Positions 45,374 through 55,067 of a stretch of DNA of 64,000 bases are shown piece after piece. The DNA is taken from the NCBI GenBank assembly GCA_963742055.1, contig CAVUKT010000050.1:5829-69828 (forward strand), given 5' to 3'. The first letter of the stretch is position 1. Each line of letters opens with the position of its first letter. A program made the position numbers and the translations under genes. This DNA comes from an uncultured Actinomycetes bacterium (GTDB taxonomy: Bacteria > Actinomycetota > Actinomycetes > Streptosporangiales > Streptosporangiaceae). The notes under the pieces were generated by a model. The model made no database searches. It was not told the DNA's origin and was given only the letters and a program-made list of their open reading frames with translations.

Positions 45374-46208
45374 TCAGCCCTTGGTGAAGGACTTCAGCTC
45401 CTGGACGCTGGCGATCGTGGACTCGTGCCCGCCGCGTTGCTGGTCACCTCGGACTTCACCGGGCCGACCCCGTTGGCCACCCAGGTGCGGATGTCCAGCT
45501 CCACGCGATCCCGGAGAACTTCTCGGTCATCGTCTCGTTGATGAGGGTGGCCTGGTAGGTGCCGGCGGGCACGCGGACCGTCTGGGTGCCCTCGCCCTTG
45601 ACCACCACATGCGCCGTGACGGTGCTGGTGTGGCCGGCCTCCTTGATGCGTGATCACCAGCGTGTCGTGGTGCGGCTGGCCGGATGCGAGCTGCGCCGAG
45701 CTGGGCCAGATGATGCTGCCCGACTTGACCGTGACCGACGTGCTGCCCGCCTGGGTCAGCGGCACGGAGATCGAGCCGTCGGTGTGGACGATGAAGACCG
45801 AGGTGGTCGTGCCGTGTGCACGCCGAGCAGGTCGTCCTGGTCCTTCATGGCGACCTTGTTCCCGCCCGCGGCCGGGGTCACCGAGATCACCTTGTTGGTG
45901 ACCGTGCCTGCTCGCCGCTCAGCTTTTCCTCGTACACCCAGGTGTTCCCCACGGCCAGCGGGAACAAGGCGCGGTGCCGCTCCCCGGTGCCACGGCCGTT
46001 CGAGCTCGGAACCGTTCGAGCTCGCGACTGGTCGAGCGCCGGCCGAGGCGGAGCCCGCCGCGGCGGGCTGGCCGGAGGCGGAACTGGACGTGGACGCCGT
46101 GGTGGCGCTGGAGCTGTTCCCGCAGCCGGCCAGGACCAGCCCGGAGGCGGCCGCGGCCGCCAGCACGGCCGCCGCGGGCGTGCGTGTGGTGAAGCCTGAT
46201 CTGTTCAT
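45374..46208 (-). pseudogene. Secreted lipoprotein of unknown function, several frame changes
   Basis: MNRSGFTTRTPAAAVLAAAAASGLVLAGCGNSS (lipobox LAGC). Ser/Ala linker. Beta-rich body in alternating frames: GNTWVYEEKLSGEQAGTVTNKVISVTPAAGGNKVAMKD, VPLTQAGSTSVTVKSGSIIWPS, TVRVPAGTYQATLINETMTE. C-terminus ELKSFTKG. Confidence 0.5.
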
Positions 46209-46261
46209 GTCCTGCCTCGGTCTGGGTGCTCGTGCACGGAGGGCCGCGGCTGGCCGGATGG

Positions 46262-47018
46262 CTAGCGGAGCAGGTCGTTGATGACTCCGCCGATGACTCC
46301 GCCCTCGACGGCCGCACTGCGGTCGTCCTGGGTGCTCAGGTAGGGCGCGAGCGACGCGGCGAACACCGGCAGCGGCATGGACTGCAGCCACACCGTGCCG
46401 GGCCCGGACAGGACCGCGAAGTGATGCGTGTCGCCCCCGAAGTAGCGGTTGGCTGCCCCTTGGACACGCATCACCTGGAAGGCCATGGACGCGTCGAACA
46501 TCCCGACATGCCCGGGGTGCACCCGCAGCGACTGGCCCGGGGCCAGCTCGTAGCGGATCAGCTCGCCGGACAGCTCGATCCAGGCCCGGCCCTGGCCGCC
46601 GACGCGCTGCAGCAGGAAGCCCTCGCCCGCGAAGACCCCCGCGGTGAAGGACTGCTGGAAGCCGGCGCTGATCTGGATGCCCGGGGTCCCGGCCAGGAAC
46701 CCGTGCCGGTGCACCATGAACTCCCGGCCGGGAGTCGACGTCGACCGGGCGGATGCTGCCCGGCAGCTTCGCGGCGAACGCGATGGTCCCCGGCGCGCCC
46801 TTCGCGGAGTAGGTGCTCATCAGCAGCGACGAGCCGCCGATCTTCCTCTTCAGGGCGCCCATCAGGCCCTGCCCGCCCACGCCCCCGCCCATCCCGGTGG
46901 ACATCTGGATGGAATCGGTCATCCAGGAGAACTCGCCCGCCTCCGCGACGACGCTCTCGCCCGGGTCGAGGGAGATCGACAGCACCGGCATCGTGGTGCC
47001 GATCAGCTGGTCCTGCAT
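46262..47018 (-). pseudogene. AIM24 / TIGR00266-family protein, one frame change near 46730
   Basis: MPVLSISLDPGESVVAEAGEFSWMTDSIQM, GSSLLMSTYSAKGAPGTIAFAAKLPG, then GFLLQRVGGQGRAWIELSGELIRYELAPGQSLRVHPGHVGMFD and GPGTVWLQSMP. Confidence 0.75.
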
Positions 47019-47175
47019 GGCGGATTCCTTCCGCTGGGAGGCGTGCCGGCCACCCGCCGGCCGCGCCCTCTTAGGTGTACGCGGCGGCGCGGGCCCGCCG
47101 AATCCCGGTAACCATGTAGCCCGGCAGGCGCTACCCGGGTGCCTGCGGGCGGCGGCGTTATAACAGCCCGGCGGG

Positions 47176-49800
47176 TTATGACATCGTGGCGGCCAGCCCG
47201 TGAGCCAGCGCGTAGCGGGCCGCTTCCACCCGCCCGGCCAGGCCGAGCTTGCGGTAGATGGTGGCCAGGTGCCGCTCGACGGTGGCCGGGCTCAGGTACA
47301 GCTCGGCGGCGATCTGCTTGTTGCTCATCCCGGCGGCCAGCAGCCGCAGCACCTCAGCCTGCCGGGCGGTCAGCCCGCCGGGCAGCGGGCCCGCCGGCGG
47401 TCCGCGGCGGTCTCGGCCAGCGCGGCGCGCACCTCGGCCAGCCGCTGCGGGTTGCCCAGCTCGCCGGCCAGCGCCTCGGCGGCGCGCAGGTGCCCGGCTC
47501 CCTCGTCGGGCCGGCCGAGCCGGTAGCAGGCCCGGCCCAGCCCGGTCAGCGCCTCGACCGCGTCGTGACCGTGGCCGGCCTCCTGGTAGGCCGCCACCGC
47601 CGCCGCGTAGTGCCCGGCCGCCTCGGCCCAGTCCCGCTGATGCGCCGCGACGTTGCCCTGGTTGCACTGGACGGTGCCGATCAGCTGCGGGTTGCCGAGG
47701 TCCGCGGCGAGCGCCGCGGCCTCGGCCAGGGCCCGGGCCGCGGCCTCCCACTGGCTGATCCGGGTCAGCAGGTCGCCCAGGTTGGCCAGGCCGATCGCGA
47801 GCGACCGGCGCTCGCCGAGCTGCCGCTTGATCGACCAGGGCCTGCTCGAACAGCTCGCGGGCCCGGGCCAGGTCGCCGTCGTCCACTTCGAGCAGGGCCA
47901 TGTTGTTGAGCGCGGCGGACAGGGCGCGGCGGTCGCCCAGCCCGGCCCGCAGCTCCATGGCCGTGGCGAAGCTGCGCCGGGCCGCGGCCAGGTCGCCCAG
48001 GTAGCGGTAGCGCCGAGCCGAGCACGGTCGCCGCGGTCGCGGTGCGCTCCGGCACGCCCAGCGGCTCCAGGATCCGCAGCGCCAGCCGGGCCTGGCGGAC
48101 GGCCTCGCCGTAGTCGCCGTTCTCCGCGGCCAGCACGGCCGCCGAGCAGAGCGCGCGCCCGGCCGGCTCGTCCCGCCGCTGGCCCGCCCGGGCCAGCAGC
48201 CTGCCCAGCCAGGCCCGGCCGTAGCTCAGCCGGCCGCGGAGCAGCCACCAGCGCCACAACGCCGCGCCCATGTCCAGGCCGAGGCCGAGGTCGCCGTGAT
48301 CGTCCAGCCAGTGCAGCGCCTGGTCCAGATCGGCGGTGGCGGCCGCCAGCCGGGCCGTCCACTCCGCCGCGTCCCGGCCCGGCCAGGCCGGTCTCGCTGC
48401 CCTGGGCCAGCGCGGCGAAATGCTCGCGCGTGCCGCTGCCGGGCCGCGGGCCCGGTGCCGGACTCGGCCAGCCGGGCCGCCGCGAACGTGCGCATCGTGT
48501 CGAGCATGCTGAACCGGTTGTGCTCGCTGCCCCGGGTGACGACCAGCCAGGAGGAATCGACCAGCCCGCGGATCAGGTGCGCCACGCGCGGGCCCGGCGC
48601 GCGCTGACCGCCTGCGCGTCGGCGACCGTGAACGACCCGGCGAACACGCTGAGCACGGCGAGCAGCCGCTGCTCCTCCGGCTGCAGCAGGTCGTAGCTGG
48701 CCCGGACCACGTCCACCAGCCGCCGGCCCCGCGCCGGCGCGGCCCCGGGCGCGTCCTGGTCGAGCAGGACCGCGCGCTGCTGCAGGATCTCCCGGACGGA
48801 CAGCGCGCCGACCCAGCCGGCGATCAGCTCGATGGCCAGCGGCAGGCCGTCCAGCCTGCGGCAGAGCTCGCCGATGGCGTGCGGTGGCACGTCGCCGACG
48901 CTGAAGCTGGGCAGCCGTTCCCGGGCCCGGGCGACGAACAGCTGCACGGCGTCGGACCCGGCGACGTCGGCCGCCCCGGCGGCGGCGGACGGGCAGTCCA
49001 GCGGCGGCACCGTCCAGCACACCTCGCCGGGCGCGCCGAGCACCACCCGGCTGGTGACCACGATCCGCACCCCGGGTGCCGCGCCGAGCAGCTGGCCGGC
49101 CAGCGCGGCGACCGCGTCGCGCAGGTGTTCCGCCCCGTCGAGCACGATCAGCCGCGGGGCCTCGGCCAGGGCCGCGGCGACGGACTCGGCCAGCGGCACC
49201 CCGGCCTGGTCCGGCACCCGCAGGCCCGCGGCCAGCACGGTGATCAGCGACTCGGGCTGGCGCACGGTCTCCAGCGGGATGAACGTGACCGGGACCGCGG
49301 GTGCCGCCCGGCTGATGGCTTCCACCGCGAGCCGGGTCTTGCCCGCCCCGCCCGGCCCGATCAGGGTCAGCAGCCGGGAAGTCTCCAGCAGGCCGACAAG
49401 TTCTCCCAGCTCACGGTCGCGGCCGATGAAGCTGGACTGGGCGACGGGCAGAGCGGGGCCGGCCGGGGCCGGCGGGGCTGAGACCGGCGGCGCGGCCGGC
49501 GCGGGCCGGGCTGGGGCCGGTGGCGCGGCCGGCGGGGCGGGCGGGACGCCGCTGGCGGGGACGGCGCGACCGCGCGCGGCCGGTCCCCGCGGAACCGTCC
49601 CGGGCCTCGAAGTCGGCGAGGGCCTGGCGGGCCCGCGCGGACATCTGGGTCCGCCCGGTCTCCCAGCGGTTCACGGTGGCGAAGGACACGCCGAGCAGGT
49701 GAGCGAGCTGTTCCTGGCTCAGGCCGCGCTCGGCCCGCAACTGGCGGAGCCGCGCCGCAGGCGGTTCGGCCGGGCCCCCGCCGGGCGGCTCCCCATCCAC
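47176..49800 (-). pseudogene. Large STAND-type regulator: N-terminal XRE HTH, P-loop NB-ARC ATPase, TPR region, C-terminal LuxR HTH; several frame changes
   Basis: [87 protein letters not shown]. Repeated TPR-like ALxxAxxLGDxxxxAxxLxNLG units. LTARQAEVLRLLAAGMSNKQIAAELYLSPATVERHLATIYRKLG. Confidence 0.8.
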
Positions 49801-49895
49801 GCTCGCAGCCTACGATGCGGCCCGTCTCCGGGGGAGTTGCCCCGAAGATCCGTTCAGCTGACAGTCAATGTTCTCGCGGCTGGCATGCAGGAGAG

Positions 49896-49991
49896 AGGCC
49901 GGCGGCAGGGACGAAAGGCCCGGCGGCAGGCGGAAAGGCCGGTGGCAGAACGAGAGGCCGGCGGCAGGCGGAAGGCCGGCCGGAGGCGGAA
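49896..49991. repeat. Five tandem 18-20-bp direct repeats (consensus AGGCCGGCGGCAGGCGGAA) in the divergent intergenic region
   Basis: Units at 49896-49915, 49916-49935, 49936-49954, 49955-49973 and 49974-49991, plus a degenerate sixth to about 50011. A-ending codons in every frame argue against coding. Confidence 0.8.
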
Positions 49992-50015
49992 GGGCGGCCC
50001 CCGGAGCGACCGGTC

Positions 50016-50060
50016 CGTCAGCATATGTTGACGTTCCGGTGTCGTCAGCATATGCTGACG
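50016..50060 (+). promoter_or_regulatory. Two 18-bp palindromes (operator candidates) ending 3 nt before the HTH gene start
   Basis: cgtcagcatatgttgacg (50016-50033, one mismatch) and cgtcagcatatgctgacg (50043-50060, perfect). Centres are 27 bp apart and each centre is CATATG. Confidence 0.65.
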
Positions 50061-50063
50061 GTC

Positions 50064-50285
50064 ATGGAACCAGTACTCGAGATCGCCGAGGGTGCGGCCA
50101 GCACCGACCCGGATGCCGGGCTCCGCGCCGTGGCGGCCCTCCGGCAGCTCACCGAACGGCTGGAGATCCTCCAGGTCGATAACGCCCGGGCGCTGGGGTG
50201 GTCCTGGCAGCAGATCGCCGAGCGTCTCGGGGTCACCAAGCAGACCGTGCACCGCAAGCACGGCCGGCGGACCGGGCGGCGATGA
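50064..50285 (+). CDS. Small HTH DNA-binding protein (73 aa)
   Basis: MEPVLEIAEGAAS..LRQLTERLEILQVDNARALGWSWQQIAERLGVTKQTVHRKHGRR. No RBS (possibly leaderless). Stop overlaps the Clp_N gene start (ATGATG at 50282). Confidence 0.55.
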   Translation: MEPVLEIAEGAASTDPDAGLRAVAALRQLTERLEILQVDNARALGWSWQQIAERLGVTKQTVHRKHGRRTGRR

Positions 50286-50987
50286 TGCTCGAGCGCTTCA
50301 CCGATGACGCCCGCACCGTGCTGGTCTACGCCCAAGAGGCACGCCCGCCTGCTGGGCCACCGCTACATCGGCTGTGAGCATCTGCTGCCTGGCCCTGGTC
50401 GGCATCGATCAGCCGGCCTGCGCGTGCTGCGTGAGCGGGGCCTCACGCCTGGCCGGGTCGAGGAGGAAATCGTCCGCCGGGCCGGGACCGGGGCCGGGGC
50501 GGGCCTGTTCGCCGACCTAGACCGGGCCGCGCTGGCCTCGATCGGGATCGATCTCGACGCCGTACGGGCCAGGATCGACGCGTCCTTCGGCCAGGACGCG
50601 CTGACCCGGGCCGACCGGGCCGTGCACCGGACGACCCGCCGCCCCGGGCCAGCGCGCGGCAGGCTCATCCATCGCTGGCGGCACCGGGCCCGGGTCCGGC
50701 GCGTCCCGCCGGTGCGGGCCGTGGCTGCCCGCACCCCAGGGCCGCTACCAGGCCGCCGACCAGCCTGCCGGGCACATCCCGTTCACTCCCGGCGCCAAGA
50801 AATGCCTGGAGAACACGCTGCGGGAGGCGGTGGCCGCAGCACCAGACCGGCATCGGGTGTCGAGCACCTCGCGCTCGCCCTGCTCGTCACGAACCGGGGG
50901 CTGGTGCCTCCCATCCTGGATGAGGTCGGCCGGTCCGCCCCGGCGTTGCGGGCCGCGATCCTGGACCGCTGCCGCCCGGCAAGCTGA
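50282..50987 (+). pseudogene. Clp amino-terminal (Clp_N) domain protein, frame changes near 50337, 50400 and 50830
   Basis: MMLERFTDDARTVLVYAQEEAR. After removal of one C from a C-run: RLLGHRYIGCEHLL. LRVLRERGLTPGRVEEEIVR. Second repeat IPFTPGAKKCLENTLREAV and GVEHLALALLVTNRGLVPPILDEVG. Confidence 0.75.
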
Positions 50988-51068
50988 CCAGCCGGGCCTG
51001 GCGATCCGCCATCGAGCCCCCGGCCCCGCTCGTGGTTCACTTCTGTTCATCCGATCGGGAGACGCAGG

Positions 51069-51962
51069 GTGACCCACCTCGTGGACGGCAGGACGATCGC
51101 CGTGACGATGGCCACGGCGACCGCCGCGGCCGCCGCCGTGCTGCGCAGCGGCGGGATCATCCCCACCCTGGCGGTGCTGGTCCCCACGGACGACGCGGGC
51201 GCGGCCTGGTACGTGCGGTCCATCCAGCGGGCCGCCGCCCGGACCGGGATCGCCTGCCAGGTCCACCGGATGGGCGGCCCGGAGGCGCCCGCCCAGCGCC
51301 GCGCAGATCAGTGACCGCCTCGCGGAACTGTCCCGGGACCCGGCGGTGCACGGCGTCATCTGCCAGACTCCGTTGCCGGCCGGCGCCGCGCTGGCCCGGG
51401 TGGGCGCGGCCATCCCGGTCACCAAGGATGTCGACGGGGCGAACCCGGCCTCGCTGGGCGGGCTGGCGGCCGGGCTCCCGGGCGTGTTCGCCCCGGCCAC
51501 CGCCGCGGCCGTGCTGCAGATCCTGCGGCATGAGCGCATCCCGCTCAGCGGCCGCCGCGCGGTCGTGGTCGGCCGGTCCACGGTGGTGGGCAAGCCCGCC
51601 GCGCTGCTCCTGCTGGCCGAGCACGCCACGGTCACCGTCGCCCACTCCCGGACCGCGGATCTCCCGGCCGTCTGCCGGGAGGCGGACGTCCTCGTCGTCG
51701 CGGCCGGCCGCCCGAAGCTGATCGGGGCGGATCACGTCCGCCCGGGGGCCGTGGTGATCGACGTGGGCACCACCCCACGGAAACCGCGGGCCCCACGGGA
51801 AGCGCGGATGGCGGAGGGCTGGCCGGGGACGTGGACGCGGCGGCGGTGACCGGGATCGCCTCGGTGCTCACCCCGGTGCCGGGCGGCGTCGGCCCGGTCA
51901 CCACCGCGATGCTGATGCAGCACACGCTGGCGGCGGCGGGCCGGGCGGCCGGGCAGGATTAG
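51069..51962 (+). pseudogene. folD: Bifunctional methylenetetrahydrofolate dehydrogenase / methenyl-THF cyclohydrolase, frame changes near 51300 and 51780
   Basis: [92 protein letters not shown] at 51960-51962 overlaps the convergent AmaP stop. Confidence 0.9.
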
Positions 51963-52534
51963 CTGACCCGGGCGGACCGTCTGCTGGTGATGGTCAGGTC
52001 CAGCTGGGTGGGCAGCGACATGTTGCCCAGCGCCTGGCGGGCGTGGGTCAGCGCTTCGGTTTCTATCCGCTGCCGCAGCGCGGTGAGGTCCGCGGTTTCC
52101 TCGAGCACCGCCCTGACCACGAGCTCCGGATCGTCCGGGTCGCCGATCAGCCGGGCCTGCGCCGAGTCCACGCCCCGGTAGCCCTCGATTTCCCCGACGA
52201 CGGCATCGGTCAGCGCCCGGTTGTCCAGGGTGGTGCGGCCTGCGCCGGTGCTCGACTTGATCAGCAGGTCACCCGAGCGGTCGGTGGAGAAAAGCAGCGC
52301 GATCAGCCAGCGCAGCGCCAGCAGCCCGATGATCAGCGCGGCCACCGCGATGACGGGCCACAGCCAGACACCGTGCGCGCCGAAGTAGCGCCCGGTCGGA
52401 TTGTCCATGAGCGTGCTGTTCTTGGTGCCGGTGCCGTACACGCCGATGGATGCGGCTCCCGCGTCGAGGCCGACGGCGATCAGCAGCAAAGCGAGGACGA
52501 TCAGCAGGGTGCGGTTGGTGCGGTCGGCGTGCAT
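51959..52534 (-). CDS. Alkaline-shock-response membrane anchor protein (AmaP-like)
   Basis: [28 protein letters not shown]. Second [27 protein letters not shown]. Then [44 protein letters not shown]. Last gene of the Asp23 operon. Confidence 0.7.
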   Translation of the reverse strand: MHADRTNRTLLIVLALLLIAVGLDAGAASIGVYGTGTKNSTLMDNPTGRYFGAHGVWLWPVIAVAALIIGLLALRWLIALLFSTDRSGDLLIKSSTGAGRTTLDNRALTDAVVGEIEGYRGVDSAQARLIGDPDDPELVVRAVLEETADLTALRQRIETEALTHARQALGNMSLPTQLDLTITSRRSARVS

Positions 52535-53080
52535 CAGTGGCTCCTGGGTGCGACCCGGACCGACACCGACAGCGTCCGGCGCAGCTTCAGCGCGGAGAGC
52601 CGCTGCCGGACAGCGTCCGTTATCGGGTCCCGCAGGCTGCGGGCGGCGGTCCGGTCCTGGGCGGACGCGGTGGCCGTGACTCTTCACCTTGCGGCGCTTG
52701 ACCTTCACCGAGGTGCTCCGCACCCCGTCAACCGCGGTGACCGCGGACCGGATGGCGGCGGCGAGGCCCCGGCGGGTGTAGGCGGTGTCAATCGCGTCAG
52801 CGCCCGCCTCGGCGGGATCGGCGGCCAGCCGGGATACCCGGGCCGGCTTCAGCTCCGCGATCAGCAGCACCAGCCCGACCAGGATCAGTATCCCGCAGAT
52901 CACCCGGATGCTGCCTGCGGCCCAGGCGTGGTGCTGAGCCCAGTGATAGGCGGCGCGCCAGTGCACGATCCCCTGGTGGTGGCTGGTCCGGTCGGCCACG
53001 ACGGTGGCGATGAGCAGCACCGCCGCGGCCAGCAGCGCCAGGCTCAGCAGGGCGGCCAGGACGCGATTCACAAGTCTCAT
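52534..53080 (-). pseudogene. DUF6286-like membrane protein of Asp23 clusters, frame change near 52690
   Basis: MRLVNRVLAALLSLALLAAAVLLIATVVA..AAGSIRVICGILILVGLVLLIAEL..AIDTAYTRRGLAAAIRSAVTAVDGVRSTSVKV. Corrected stop at 52534-52536 overlaps the AmaP ATG. Confidence 0.55.
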
Positions 53081-53099
53081 CTGTCTGTCCTTGCTCCTG

Positions 53100-53465
53100 T
53101 CAGTGCACCCGGGGCGGCGCTGGCAGCTGGGTGACCAGGGCAGTGACCGAGATGGATACTTCACTCACGGTGAGGCCGGTCAGTTCACTGACCCGGCGGC
53201 GCACGTTCTCCCGGACCGCGCTGGTGACCTCGGGGACTGACGCGGGCCAGCGCACGCTGATCGACAGGTCCAGATTCACCAGCGAGCCGTCGACGTCGGC
53301 CGAGGCTTTCGGCAGCGCGGTGAGGCTCGTCTGCCGGGCTCCGAGGGCCGAGGCGCCGGCCATGGAACGGCCCAGGAACCGGGACGCGGCCGCACCCGCA
53401 TCGGGGATCTCGATCGCGGCGCGGGCGGCCATCTTCTCCACCACCCGGTCGTTGATGCTGATCAT
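53100..53465 (-). CDS. Asp23/Gls24-family envelope stress protein (may start at ATG 53533 after one frame change)
   Basis: ISINDRVVEKMAARAAIEIPDAG..VNLDLSISVRWPASVPEVTSAVRENVRRRVSELTGLTVSEVSISVTAL. Confidence 0.8.
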   Translation of the reverse strand: MISINDRVVEKMAARAAIEIPDAGAAASRFLGRSMAGASALGARQTSLTALPKASADVDGSLVNLDLSISVRWPASVPEVTSAVRENVRRRVSELTGLTVSEVSISVTALVTQLPAPPRVH

Positions 53466-53528
53466 GCCCAGCTCGTTACGGCCAGGCCCGGAGGCGGGCG
53501 CCGCGGGCTGGATGGCCGTAGCTGGCCG

Positions 53529-53714
53529 TCATCGGCTGTCGCGCCGGCGTGACAGGTAGGCACCCAGGTCCAGGTCACCCTCGAGCACCTTGGCGACGAC
53601 GAAGCCGATCGCGGCGAACAAGGCGACGATGAGCATGTCCCCGAAGTTGCCGAACGCCACGGCCAGGCCGAGGGCGAGCCCGATCACGATGCCCATAGCA
53701 GTGGTACGTGTCAT
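53529..53714 (-). CDS. DUF2273-like small membrane protein (61 aa)
   Basis: MTRTTAMGIVIGLALGLAVAFGNFGDMLIVALFAAIGFVVAKVLEG: two hydrophobic helices. Typical position between Asp23 genes. Confidence 0.6.
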   Translation of the reverse strand: MTRTTAMGIVIGLALGLAVAFGNFGDMLIVALFAAIGFVVAKVLEGDLDLGAYLSRRRDSR

Positions 53715-53745
53715 GTCATCTCACATTCACAATCTCACGAGGTCG

Positions 53746-53983
53746 TTACTTGACCCGAGGTGGCGGTCGCCGCCAGCCCATCCGGCGCAGTACCGGCCTC
53801 AGCAGGCTGACCAGCCACGGCGTGTCCGCGACGATCACTACCCGGGGAGCAGGCTCCCCGGCGGGGGCGCCGGTCATAGGCGGCGAGGCCGGCGGCGAAG
53901 GCGGCGGGGTCGCCGCCGCGGTCGGGGTGATGGGTGCGGATGAACTCGCGCCGGGCCCGCCGCCAGGACTGCTCGTCGGCCAT
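53746..53983 (-). pseudogene. Small (~78 aa) protein with a J-domain-like HPD segment, one frame change near 53860
   Basis: MADEQSWRRARREFIRTHHPDRGGDPAAFAAGLAAYDR, with about 95% GC3 over the first 38 codons. C-terminus in another frame: VVIVADTPWLVSLLRPVLRRMGWRRPP. Confidence 0.45.
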
Positions 53984-53987
53984 GAAC

Positions 53988-54326
53988 TCACCTCTTCGCG
54001 TGGCCCGCCAGCCGGGGCTTCACCAGGAGCGTCGGCCAGGTCGGCTACCTCCAGGTCTACCCGGCGCGGCCCGACCAGCCCGGCGACAGCGGTCCTGACC
54101 TGGCGGGCCATCTCCGCGACCGGGACCCCCCACCGGCCGCGGACGGAGATCAGCACGTGATCGGAGGCTACCCGCACCCCCGCCAGCTGGCGTCCGGGCA
54201 GGTAGGACACCACGCCGCCCCAGGGACCCGCGGAAAGGTCGTCGATGGCCGGGCAGCTGCGGACCGCCGCGGCCACGGCGTCAAGGTCAACGCCGTCGAT
54301 GACCAGCCTGGGCCTCGCTGGGTCAT
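53988..54326 (-). pseudogene. Divergent Asp23-like domain protein; frame changes at both ends; 3-prime end inferred
   Basis: ATG 54326 overlaps the upstream stop. LVIDGVDLDAVAAAVRSCPAIDDLSAGPWGGVVSYLPGRQLAGVRVASDHVLISVRGRWGVPVAEMARQVRTAVAGLVG..VDLEVADL. Confidence 0.5.
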
Positions 54327-54801
54327 GACACCCGCGAAGGCGTGTCATCCTGGTCGTCGGTGCCCGGCATCCAGAGGTCATCGACGTTGATGTTGACCTC
54401 CACGACATCCAGCCCGGTCATCCGCTCGACGGCCTGCTTGACGTTGCGCTGGATGCTCCGGCCCAGGTCAGCGATGCTGACGCCGTATTCCACGACGATG
54501 TCCAGGTCGATCGCGGCCTGAGTCTCGCCGACCTCCACGCCCACGCCCTGGGCGACGTTGGGGCCGCTGCTGCCCGGGATCCGCTCCCGGACCGCGCCGT
54601 AGGCGCGGCTGGTGGACACGCCCATGGCGTGCACGCCGCTGATCTCCCGGCAGGCGATCCCGGCGATCTTCTGCACCACGCTTTGCGCGACGCTGATCTT
54701 GCCGTCGTCCGTGGACAGGCGCTCGGCGGTACCCGGGCTGAGTCTCGCTGGTCCTGGCGGCCGGCTTGGCCGACGGTGCCGAGCTGCTGGTCTGCGGTCA
54801 T
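54323..54801 (-). pseudogene. Asp23/Gls24-family envelope stress protein (first gene of the minus-strand operon), frame change near 54740
   Basis: ATG 54801 MTADQQLG, then GKISVAQSVVQKIAGIACREISGVHAMG..VGVEVGETQAAIDLDIVVEYGVSIADLGRSIQRNVKQAVERMTGLDVVEVNINVDDL. Confidence 0.8.
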
Positions 54802-54818
54802 CAGGGTGCACTCTCTCT

Positions 54819-54863
54819 GTCGAAGCGTGGAAGGTCGAAGCGTGGAAGGTCAAGCGTTGGAGC
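54819..54863. repeat. Tandem 15-bp direct repeats in the divergent Asp23-operon / ECF-sigma promoter region
   Basis: gtcgaagcgtggaag at 54819-54833 and 54834-54848 (identical). Degenerate third copy gtcaagcgttggagc at 54849-54863. Fourth core agcgtggaag at 54886-54895. Confidence 0.75.
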
Positions 54864-55067
54864 GGCTCTGCACGTGGAACGACCGAGCGTGGAAGCGGCG
54901 CTCTGCCGGCCGCGTCGAGTCGGTACCGGTTCTTCGGTCCGCTCTGCACTGTTAGACACGGGCCGGCCAGAAACGTCGCACATTTTTTGCCCAGGCCGGG
55001 GCAGATGGGCCTGCGACGCCTGGCGGCCAGGGACGGGCGGATAGCAGCTCAGGCATGGGGAGGGGCG

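Noticed and set aside
47176-49800. Anti-phage Avs-like STAND NTPase
   Set aside because: It carries two DNA-binding HTH domains and no nuclease, protease or other effector domain. The architecture fits a LAL/AfsR-like transcription regulator.
49896-49991. Possible CRISPR array
   Set aside because: The repeats are contiguous with no spacers, only about 19 bp long and degenerate. There are no cas genes in the window.
49815-50063. 83-codon N-terminal extension of the small HTH protein (ORF 49815-50285), which would make the tandem repeats coding
   Set aside because: Third codon positions are rich in A/T (cgT tcA gcT agT caA tgT tcT, ggA gcA aaA agA gaA), unlike genuine genes here. The segment contains the palindromes and the DNA-level direct repeats.
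50988-51068. ZTP (pfl) riboswitch upstream of folD
   Set aside because: Only 81 nt are available, and neither the GGGTCGTGA-type 5-prime element nor CCGCCTGGG is present.
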